From Nitrospirota bacterium (GTDB taxonomy: Bacteria > UBA2233): a stretch of DNA of 20,000 bases. Each line of letters starts with the position of its first letter. The stretch's first letter is position 1. The notes under the pieces were generated by a model. That model worked only from the letters and a program-made list of their open reading frames with translations. It was not told the DNA's origin and searched no databases. The stretch is from the NCBI GenBank assembly GCA_011620345.1, contig WOZJ01000057.1, forward strand, positions 215,925-235,924. The letters are read 5' to 3'. Below, piece after piece: positions 1 through 7,545 of the stretch. The position numbers were made by a program, and so were the translations under genes.

Positions 1-1419
1 GATTACCGTATTATTCTTTCGATCGACAGGCTTGATTACACGAAAGGCATTGCGAACCGGCTTCAAGCCTTCGAGATGTTCCTTGAGCGACACCCAAAAT
101 GGCAAAAACGGGTCGTGCTTGCAATCGTTGTGGTTCCCTCGAGGGTTGCGGTGGAACAATATTCGGACATGAAATGTAAAATCGACGAGCTCGTCGGCCG
201 GATAAACGGCCGGTTCGGGTCGATTGGTTGGACGCCAGTGATCTACCAGTACCGCTTCCTCCCTTTTTGCCCGCTGGTTGCGCTCTACAGTGCCTCCGAC
301 GTGGCGCTCATTACGCCCTTAAGGGATGGGATGAACCTGATTGCCAAGGAGTATGTCGCTTCAAGGTCGGACAAAGAAGGCGTTTTGATCTTATCTGAAA
401 TGGCTGGAGCCTACAAAGAGCTGGCGGAGGCCTTAATTGTCAACCCAAACTCCAAGGAAGAGATCGTGGAGGCCCTACGCGAGGCCCTGGAGATGCCAAA
501 GGCGGAGCAGCGGCGCAGAAGCGCGTTAATGCAGAATCGACTCATGCGCTACGACGTCGTCCGCTGGGCCAAAGAGTTCATCGAGAAAATCCAATCGGTC
601 AAAGTGCTCGAGAGAAGGTTTAACTCGAGGCTTCTTTCCCCGCAGATTCAAGAAGAGCTTTTCTGCAGATACCACCAAGCAGGGAAGCGCGTGATATTTT
701 TGGATTATGACGGCACGTTGGTTCCGTTTGCTCCGACACCCGAGGCGGCGAGGCCTACCGATGAGCTGCTTCAGCTCCTTTACCGGCTTGGGATGAACAC
801 AAAGAATGATGTTGTGATCATTTCAGGAAGAGACAAACAAACGCTTCTTTCATGGTTTGGAAGCCTTCCTATCGGACTTGTGGCCGAGCACGGCGTATGG
901 ATTCGGGAGAAGGAGGGAGAGTTTCGTTTGATAAAGCCTCTAAACAACGCATGGAAAGCAGAAATACGCGACATTCTTGAAAAATTTGCCGATAGCTTGC
1001 CTGGTTCGTTCATCGAAGAAAAGGAATATTCTTTGGTTTGGCATTACAGGCAGGTTACAGACCTCGAGGCTGTATCCATGCTGGTTTCGGAGTTTCGAGA
1101 TACGATACAAGGGTTTGCGGCAAACATGGACCTTCAGGTTTTGCCTGGAAACAAGGTGACGGAGATTCGGAATGCTGGGGTGGACAAGGGGGCTGCCGGG
1201 CTTGCGTGGATGGCCAACCATCCCTACGATTTTACCCTTGCCATGGGAGACGACTGGACAGACGAAGACCTCTTCTCTGTGCTGCCCTCAACCGCCTTCT
1301 CGATCAAGGTAGGACTCTCCAGGGCTTACGGCTCTAGGGCGCTCTACTGCACCCAAAGCTACAAAGAGGCGCTTGAGCTTTTGCGTGGGTTGACCGAGTC
1401 CGAACTCGAAGCCCGCTGA
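1..1419 (+). CDS. Bifunctional trehalose-6-phosphate synthase/phosphatase (GT20 + HAD-IIB fusion, OtsA-OtsB-like), 5'-truncated by the window edge
   Basis: Frame is open from base 1 (DYRIILSIDRLDYTKGI = GT20 motif), so the ORF-track Met at 76 is internal. GT20 motifs LRDGMNLIAKEY and LILSEMAGA are present. The C-terminal HAD domain has FLDYDGTL, ISGR, AEHG and GDDWTDED. Confidence 0.95.
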   Translation, partial: DYRIILSIDRLDYTKGIANRLQAFEMFLERHPKWQKRVVLAIVVVPSRVAVEQYSDMKCKIDELVGRINGRFGSIGWTPVIYQYRFLPFCPLVALYSASDVALITPLRDGMNLIAKEYVASRSDKEGVLILSEMAGAYKELAEALIVNPNSKEEIVEALREALEMPKAEQRRRSALMQNRLMRYDVVRWAKEFIEKIQSVKVLERRFNSRLLSPQIQEELFCRYHQAGKRVIFLDYDGTLVPFAPTPEAARPTDELLQLLYRLGMNTKNDVVIISGRDKQTLLSWFGSLPIGLVAEHGVWIREKEGEFRLIKPLNNAWKAEIRDILEKFADSLPGSFIEEKEYSLVWHYRQVTDLEAVSMLVSEFRDTIQGFAANMDLQVLPGNKVTEIRNAGVDKGAAGLAWMANHPYDFTLAMGDDWTDEDLFSVLPSTAFSIKVGLSRAYGSRALYCTQSYKEALELLRGLTESELEAR

Positions 1420-1468
1420 CTTGTTTCCCCTCCTTCCGTTAAGTAAGCGCCTTTGTGTTTTTGAAAAA

Positions 1469-1501
1469 ATACTTGACTCATGAGTAATGATTTGATAATC
1501 T
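1469..1501 (+). promoter_or_regulatory. Sigma70-type promoter of the rrf2-suf operon with an overlapping palindromic operator candidate
   Basis: -35 TTGACT (1473-1478), 17-bp spacer, extended -10 TG-A-TAATCT (1493-1501) in an AT-rich intergenic region. A perfect 10-bp palindrome ACTCATGAGT (1476-1485) overlaps the -35. Confidence 0.7.
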
Positions 1502-1537
1502 TAAATTCAAGGGTTTTTAAGGAACAAGAGGCGTACG

Positions 1538-2029
1538 ATGAAAATTGCTCCGACATGGGAGTACGGATTGCGATGCCTTCTCCAGATTGCCAGGGCGCAA
1601 GAGGAAAAGTCCCTTAGTATTCCGCAGGTTGCTAGGGAGGAAGGCCTTAGCGTCGCTTACGTGGGCAAGTTGTTGAACAGGTTGGGCAAGGCAGGGATCA
1701 TTCAAGGCCGTCGCGGAAGACGAGGAGGGTATGTGCTGGCCAAGGATGCCGCGGCCATTTCTTTGTACGAAGTCTTCCAAGCGTTGGCGGACCCGTTATC
1801 GCGCTTTGAAGACTGCCAAAGCTACCCTGGAGCCCTACAAGAATGCATCCATATGGTTCAGAATACTTGTTCCATCCTTCCTGTCTGGAGGCGCTTGGAT
1901 TTGCTTGTAAAAAGAACGCTTTCGTCCGTCACCCTCCAAGAAGTGCTCAAGGAAGGTACTGCATACGAACAAAATAGAGAATGGGTTAACGGGCAGAACT
2001 CTGCCGCCTTGTTGGTTAAGCAAGCTTAA
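1538..2029 (+). CDS. Rrf2-family transcriptional regulator, probable Fe-S-sensing regulator of the suf operon
   Basis: N-terminal EYGLRCLLQIA, wHTH with wing GRRGRRGGYVLAK, and three C-terminal Cys (C93, C103, C111). It is the first gene of the suf operon. Confidence 0.92.
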   Translation: MKIAPTWEYGLRCLLQIARAQEEKSLSIPQVAREEGLSVAYVGKLLNRLGKAGIIQGRRGRRGGYVLAKDAAAISLYEVFQALADPLSRFEDCQSYPGALQECIHMVQNTCSILPVWRRLDLLVKRTLSSVTLQEVLKEGTAYEQNREWVNGQNSAALLVKQA

Positions 2030-2040
2030 AGGAGCTGAGA

Positions 2041-2802
2041 ATGGAAAATAAAAATATTAGTCCCCTGCTTGAAGTGCGCGACCTGCACGTAGAGGTGGAG
2101 GGAAAAGAAGTAATCAAGGGGATAGATCTTGCCCTTTACGGGGGAGCAAAACTTGCCCTAATGGGACCGAATGGTTCAGGAAAAAGTTCACTCTCGATGG
2201 CGCTGATGGGTCATCCGGGCTACAAAGTTAAGAGTGGATCCATCATTTTGGACGGGAATGACATTACGGGACTTTCTCCTGACAAGCGCGCCAAGGTCGG
2301 GCTATTTTTGGCGATGCAGAATCCTGTCTCAGTCCCAGGGGTTAGCGTTGCTAACTTCTTACGGGCGATAATGAAAGCGAAACGCGGGGAAGAAGTCCCC
2401 ATTCGTGAGTTTCGGGAGATGCTTGTTAAGGCTATGGGTCTTCTGGAAATGGAGCGCTCGTTCGCTAATCGCTACGTGAATGACGGGTTTTCCGGAGGGG
2501 AGAAGAAAAAATTAGAGCTGCTGCAGATGGTTCTGCTTAATCCCAAGGTAGCCGTTGTTGATGAGATAGACTCAGGCCTGGACGTTGACGCGCTAAAGAT
2601 AGTGGCAGACGGGGTTAACCGGATTACAGGCGAAAATAACGCGTTCCTTCTTATCACCCATTACCGGCGAATATTGGACTACATCCGCCCGGATGGGGTG
2701 GTAGTGCTCATGGAGGGCCGCATCGTTGCAAGCGGTGGTCCAGAGCTTATCAACCAGATCGATCGGCAGGGATACGACTGGCTATCGGCAAAAACCGCCT
2801 AA
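2041..2802 (+). CDS. sufC: Fe-S cluster assembly ATPase SufC
   Basis: Walker A GPNGSGKS, signature GFSGGEKK, Walker B/D-loop DEIDSGLDVDAL, ITHY. RBS AAGGAG upstream. Confidence 0.97.
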   Translation: MENKNISPLLEVRDLHVEVEGKEVIKGIDLALYGGAKLALMGPNGSGKSSLSMALMGHPGYKVKSGSIILDGNDITGLSPDKRAKVGLFLAMQNPVSVPGVSVANFLRAIMKAKRGEEVPIREFREMLVKAMGLLEMERSFANRYVNDGFSGGEKKKLELLQMVLLNPKVAVVDEIDSGLDVDALKIVADGVNRITGENNAFLLITHYRRILDYIRPDGVVVLMEGRIVASGGPELINQIDRQGYDWLSAKTA

Positions 2803-2826
2803 CGAACGAAAACCAAGGAGCTTGCC

Positions 2827-4248
2827 ATGAGGCAGCCTGTTAAAGATATTATGGTTGGCGATGATTACGCGTCGAAATTCGGGTTTTCTTCGCCCGAAGA
2901 GTATTATTTTAGGGCCCCGAAAAAGGGCTTAAGTCACGAGCTCGTCGAGATGATGAGCAAAATGAAAAAAGAGCCGGACTGGATGCGGGAGTTCCGTCAT
3001 AAGGCGTTGGATACGTTTTGGGCAAAGCCCATGCCTACCTGGGGCAATCAGGAGGCTTTAGGCAGGATCGACTTTGACGACATTTATTACTACATCAAGC
3101 CTATCGAGCAAATGGGGCAGACCTGGGATGATGTACCCGAAGACATCAAGCACACGTTCGAACGGCTCGGGATTCCGGAAGCGGAGCGCAAGTTTTTGTC
3201 CGGAGTATCTGCTCAGTACGAGAGCGAGACGGTGTACCACTCGATTCGCGACGAAATTTCTAAACTGGGCGTCATCTTTCTCGGAATGGATTCCGGCCTC
3301 ATGGAGCACGAAGACATCGTCAGAAGATTCTTTGGTACGCTAATTCCGCCGACGGACAACAAGTTTGCCGCCCTAAATAGCGCGGTATGGTCAGGGGGGT
3401 CGTTCATCTACGTGCCGCCCGGTGTGCACGTAGATATCCCTCTCCAGGCCTACTTCCGGATCAACGCTAAAAATATGGGCCAGTTCGAACGTACGTTGAT
3501 CATCGCCGACAAGGGAGCACGCGTCCATTATATCGAAGGCTGTACCGCTCCCGTATACAGCTCGAGCTCGCTGCACTCCGCCGTGGTCGAACTGATTGCG
3601 CTCGAAGACGCCTACATTCGGTACACGACGATCCAGAACTGGTCCAACAACATCTACAACTTGGTGACAAAAAGGGCTATTGCTTACAAGAACGCCACGG
3701 TCGAGTGGGTGGACGGAAATATAGGCAGCATGCTCACGATGAAATATCCTTGCGTGGTCTTGGCCGGTGAGAATGCGAGGGGAGAAATCCTTTCGGTGGC
3801 GTTCGGCGGAACCGGCCAACATCAAGACGCTGGTGCCAAGGTCTTCCACATGGCCCCAAGGACGAGCTCGACCATTACGAGTAAGTCTATTTCGAAAGGA
3901 GGGGGGCGAACGACGTACCGTGGCTGGGTTAAAACGACGGCGAATGCCGAAGACGTCCGCGTTTCTGTCAAGTGCGATGCTTTGATTCTCGACCCGACGT
4001 CCCGCTCTGATACATACCCTACGATGGAGATCGGCAACCCAAAGGTTCGAATTGAGCATGAAGCCTCTGTTAGCAAGCTAAGCGACGACCAGTTATTCTA
4101 CTTGATGAGCCGTGGGCTTTCGGAAAACGAGTCGCGTGTTCTGATCGTGAACGGGTTTATTGAGCAGTTTGTAAAGGAGTTGCCGATGGAGTATGCCGTC
4201 GAGTTGAACCGCTTGATCGAGCTGGAGATGGAAGGGTCGGTTGGATGA
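2827..4248 (+). CDS. sufB: Fe-S cluster assembly scaffold SufB
   Basis: Motifs [51 protein letters not shown] and YLMSRGL. 473 aa, no intein. RBS AAGGAG. Confidence 0.98.
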   Translation: MRQPVKDIMVGDDYASKFGFSSPEEYYFRAPKKGLSHELVEMMSKMKKEPDWMREFRHKALDTFWAKPMPTWGNQEALGRIDFDDIYYYIKPIEQMGQTWDDVPEDIKHTFERLGIPEAERKFLSGVSAQYESETVYHSIRDEISKLGVIFLGMDSGLMEHEDIVRRFFGTLIPPTDNKFAALNSAVWSGGSFIYVPPGVHVDIPLQAYFRINAKNMGQFERTLIIADKGARVHYIEGCTAPVYSSSSLHSAVVELIALEDAYIRYTTIQNWSNNIYNLVTKRAIAYKNATVEWVDGNIGSMLTMKYPCVVLAGENARGEILSVAFGGTGQHQDAGAKVFHMAPRTSSTITSKSISKGGGRTTYRGWVKTTANAEDVRVSVKCDALILDPTSRSDTYPTMEIGNPKVRIEHEASVSKLSDDQLFYLMSRGLSENESRVLIVNGFIEQFVKELPMEYAVELNRLIELEMEGSVG

Positions 4249-5447
4249 ACGTTTCAATATCGCCCTTTGAGGTTGCTCAAGAGCCCGAAGGGCTAAAAAA
4301 CCTTCGCTCCAAGGCCTGGAATGTTTATACGCAGGCCCAGTTCCCAGATAGGGCAAGTACTCTTTGGCGCTTTAGCAACCCTGAGGCATTCTGGGTCATT
4401 CCCGAGAATATAAGCTCTATACTCGAAAAGGGAAAGATTGCATACAGGCTGGAAGCTCCGAATGAGTTGCGGTTATCGGACCTCCAGGAGGCCGTCTCTA
4501 ACGAATCCGTACCGGTTGGGGCGCTGGTTGGGCCTGAGTTCGGCAAGTTTGAGGCGCTCAATCTGGCCCTTTGGAAAAAAGGGGCGTACCTTCGGGTTCC
4601 AGAGGGTGTAAGGCTAGACCAGCCCGTTGTTTTAAGGAAGCACATATCAGGCGAAGGGTTGATACTGGACAGGTCTTTGATTCATGTATCCAAGGGGGCT
4701 TCTTTGACCATCGTCGAAGTTCTCGAAGGAGAGCTTGCAGGGAATGGGAATGGCTACCTGAATGCCGTGGAAGAGGTGCTTATCGAAGAAGGCGCGGCCC
4801 TTACTCTCGTTGGGATTGACCTTACTCAGGGGAAGACACGCGCATTCGTGACCGTTCGGCATTCAATAGGATCAAACGCCGAACTAAAATGGGTGCTGGC
4901 CCGCTTTGGCGAGGGGTCCAGCAAGGCAAACCTCGGGGCTCGCCTTGCTGGACGAGGGGCAAAGAGCGGAATTTACGGCGCTGTGTTTGGGTTCGGTCAG
5001 GGTAAGAGCGACATCCATACGTTTCACGATCATGCCGTGAAGCGTACGTTTAGCAACATCGACCTACGGGTGGTCTTGCAAGATCAAGCGCACAGCGCCT
5101 ACACCGGCCTTATCCGTATCGATACGGACGCTGGTTGTTCCGAAGCGTTCCAGGAAAATCGGAACTTGCTGCTCTCTGGAGGTGTGCGTGCCGAATCGAT
5201 CCCGGAGCTCGAAATCTTGACCGACGAAGTGCAATGCAAACACGGTGTAACGGTTGGGCCCGTAGAAGAAGAGCCTCTGTTTTATTTGATGAGCCGCGGA
5301 GTTCCGAGGGAGGATGCTGTTCGGCTTCTTGTTGTAGGGTTCCTTGAGCCAGTCTTAGGGCACATCCCAGGTGACTTCCGAAAGCCGCTCGATGGACTCG
5401 TAGCGAACCTCATTAATCCAGCTAGCGAGATTGAAAGCCCATTATGA
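4245..5447 (+). CDS. sufD: Fe-S cluster assembly protein SufD
   Basis: C-terminal [22 protein letters not shown] and [13 protein letters not shown] overlap with sufB. Confidence 0.93.
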   Translation: MNVSISPFEVAQEPEGLKNLRSKAWNVYTQAQFPDRASTLWRFSNPEAFWVIPENISSILEKGKIAYRLEAPNELRLSDLQEAVSNESVPVGALVGPEFGKFEALNLALWKKGAYLRVPEGVRLDQPVVLRKHISGEGLILDRSLIHVSKGASLTIVEVLEGELAGNGNGYLNAVEEVLIEEGAALTLVGIDLTQGKTRAFVTVRHSIGSNAELKWVLARFGEGSSKANLGARLAGRGAKSGIYGAVFGFGQGKSDIHTFHDHAVKRTFSNIDLRVVLQDQAHSAYTGLIRIDTDAGCSEAFQENRNLLLSGGVRAESIPELEILTDEVQCKHGVTVGPVEEEPLFYLMSRGVPREDAVRLLVVGFLEPVLGHIPGDFRKPLDGLVANLINPASEIESPL

Positions 5448-6676
5448 CGACTGCCATACAAACCCTTGGGGCTTCCCTTAGGAAAGATTTTCCTATCTTT
5501 TCGAGAAAGGTGCACGGTAAGAGGGTCGTATATCTTGATAACGCGGCGACAACTCAAAAGCCTTTGTCCGTAATCGAGGCTCTTAGCCGCTACTACAGCA
5601 CGATGAACGCCAACGTGCACCGTGGGATCCATACGCTCGCCGAGGAGGCAACGGGAGCCTATGAGGGGGCCAGGAAAGCTGTAGCCCGCTTTCTTGGGGC
5701 AAGACCAGAAGAAGTGGTGTTTACGAAGAACGCAACGGAAGCGATCAATTTTGTTGCGCTTGGTTGGGCAAGGCATCGCCTCAAGAGAGGAGATGCCATT
5801 GTCCTCACAGAAATGGAGCACCACGCCAACCTGGTTCCTTGGATTCTTCTTGCCAGGGAAATAGGGCTTGAGTTGCGCTATATCCCGATTGATGCCGAGG
5901 GAAAACTTAGGTTAGAAACGCTTGCCAAGCTCATCGATCACAAAGTACGGCTGGTCGCCCTTGTCCACGCGTCCAACGTTCTCGGTACTATCAACCCGGT
6001 TGAGGCCGTTATCGAGGAGGCAAAAAAGGTCGGGGCGAAAGTTTTGGTCGATGCGGCCCAGTCGCTTCCGCATTTACGGGTGAATGTCCGGGCGTTGGAT
6101 TGTGATTTTCTCGCCTTTTCGGCCCACAAGATGCTAGGGCCCACGGGCGTGGGTGTTCTATACGGCAAGATGGATGCCCTAGAGGAGACGGTGCCCGTCC
6201 TTGGTGGGGGGGAAATGATCGAACGGGTAACGTACGATTCTGTAACCTTCAACCAGATTCCGTGGAGGTTTGAAGCGGGAACTCCCAATATCGCGGATGT
6301 CATCGCCTTCTTGCCCGCGCTCGCCTACCTCGAATCGCTCGATTCAAAGACGTCGATACAGCACGAACAGAACCTTTCCCAAGCAGCGATCGAGGCGCTC
6401 GAGCGGATGGGGTTTCGGGTATTGGGTCCGAAAGCGCCAAACGAGCGGGTAGGGGTGGTATCATGGACTTCGGAGTTTGCGCATCCGCATGATACGGCAA
6501 CCATCCTCGATCAATTCGGCGTAGCCGTTCGTGCCGGACACCATTGCGCACAGCCGCTGATGCACAAGCTTGGCCTTGCGGCGACCACGCGGGCAAGCTT
6601 TTATATATATAACGATATGGACGACGTGGAAATGTTGATCGAAGCCCTAAAGGAGGTAAGGAGCTATTTTGGATAA
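5444..6676 (+). CDS. sufS: Cysteine desulfurase SufS (group II)
   Basis: YLDNAATTQKP, ANVHRG, EHHAN, PLP lysine in SAHKMLGPTG, catalytic RAGHHCA. ATGA overlap with sufD. Confidence 0.97.
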   Translation: MTTAIQTLGASLRKDFPIFSRKVHGKRVVYLDNAATTQKPLSVIEALSRYYSTMNANVHRGIHTLAEEATGAYEGARKAVARFLGARPEEVVFTKNATEAINFVALGWARHRLKRGDAIVLTEMEHHANLVPWILLAREIGLELRYIPIDAEGKLRLETLAKLIDHKVRLVALVHASNVLGTINPVEAVIEEAKKVGAKVLVDAAQSLPHLRVNVRALDCDFLAFSAHKMLGPTGVGVLYGKMDALEETVPVLGGGEMIERVTYDSVTFNQIPWRFEAGTPNIADVIAFLPALAYLESLDSKTSIQHEQNLSQAAIEALERMGFRVLGPKAPNERVGVVSWTSEFAHPHDTATILDQFGVAVRAGHHCAQPLMHKLGLAATTRASFYIYNDMDDVEMLIEALKEVRSYFG

Positions 6677-7217
6677 CAAGAGCATGGCCGAGCTGAATTC
6701 CCTTTACAGGGAGGTTATCCTGGACCACTTTAAATGTCCTCGCGGCAAAAAGATGATCGAGTGTCCTGACGTAACGTTCGAAGGGTACAACCCCGTCTGC
6801 GGAGACGAGGTGAAGATCGCGATCAAGATTCAAGATGGCTTCATTCAAGACGTTGCAGTCAACTCGATAGGGTGCGCCATTTCCGTTGCGGCTGGATCCA
6901 TGCTGGCAGAACTTTTGCCCGGGAAAAGCCTTGCGGAAGCGGAGGAGCTAGGGAAAGCCTTCGAGGGTCTCCTCAAAGGAGAGATCGAGGGACTTCCGGA
7001 AGATATTGGCGATCTGGAGTCTTTAGAGGGGGTTAGCCGCTTTCCCGTTCGTGTCAAGTGTGCGATGTTGGCCTGGAAAACGATCCAGCATGCCGTTGGG
7101 CTCTTAAAAGAAGGCACACCATCCAAAGAGCGCATATCGACCGAAGACGCAACGACGGAAGCTTCGCGCAGCGAAGCCGGGGCGGAGAAACACAACGGAG
7201 CAAACCACGTATGCTAA
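6669..7217 (+). CDS. sufU: SUF-system NifU/IscU-like sulfurtransferase SufU (start TTG 6669 or ATG 6684)
   Basis: LYREVILDH, NPVCGD, GCAIS and FPVRVKCA, with the SufU-type insertion before the third Cys. Follows sufS. Confidence 0.93.
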   Translation: MDNKSMAELNSLYREVILDHFKCPRGKKMIECPDVTFEGYNPVCGDEVKIAIKIQDGFIQDVAVNSIGCAISVAAGSMLAELLPGKSLAEAEELGKAFEGLLKGEIEGLPEDIGDLESLEGVSRFPVRVKCAMLAWKTIQHAVGLLKEGTPSKERISTEDATTEASRSEAGAEKHNGANHVC

Positions 7218-7540
7218 CTCCTGATGCCGTCAAGGAGGCTTTGAGGCCGGTTGTTGACCCTGAAATTGGGTTCTCGATCGTTGATTTGGGCCTGGTTTAC
7301 GGTGTTAACGTGAGCGATGACGGGCTCGTGAGCGTCGATTTGACCCTCACGAGCCCGATGTGTCCGCTCGGTCCTCAACTGATGCAAGCGGTTGAAGCGG
7401 TCGTTTCGAGCCTAGAAGGGGTAAAAGAGGCGCAGGTCCGGCTTGTTTGGAATCCCCCGTGGGATCCTAAGAAGCATGCGAGTGAGGACGTGAAGGCTAT
7501 GCTGGGCATCTGGGATCTCGATGAAGAGGACGGCTTTTAG
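7211..7540 (+). CDS. sufT: DUF59 / SufT metal-sulfur cluster maturation protein
   Basis: VVDPEIGFSIVDLGLVY, TLTSPMCP and VWNPPW motifs. Start reassigned from 7058 to ATG 7211, which has GGAG at 7197-7200 and gives the typical ~109-aa length. Confidence 0.9.
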   Translation: MLTPDAVKEALRPVVDPEIGFSIVDLGLVYGVNVSDDGLVSVDLTLTSPMCPLGPQLMQAVEAVVSSLEGVKEAQVRLVWNPPWDPKKHASEDVKAMLGIWDLDEEDGF

Positions 7541-7545
7541 GTTTC

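Noticed and set aside
1359..1556. Minus-strand 65-aa ORF and purine-rich RBS-like tract across the suf promoter
   Set aside because: It overlaps both flanking genes, no start codon follows the RBS-like tract, and it has no protein features.
3391..4059. Long antisense ORFs (e.g. 3391-4059, 5282-5824, 6300-6848, 11023-11706, 11429-11953)
   Set aside because: They are shadows of well-conserved genes, expected at this GC content, and show no recognisable motifs.
2827..4248. Possible intein in sufB, as in some mycobacteria
   Set aside because: Length is normal and the motifs are contiguous, with no insertion.
7058..7210. Long open N-terminal extension of the sufT frame overlapping sufU (possible frameshift fusion SufU-SufT)
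   Set aside because: No canonical X-XXY-YYZ slippery heptamer was seen, sufT has its own RBS and ATG at 7211, and the extension does not look protein-like.
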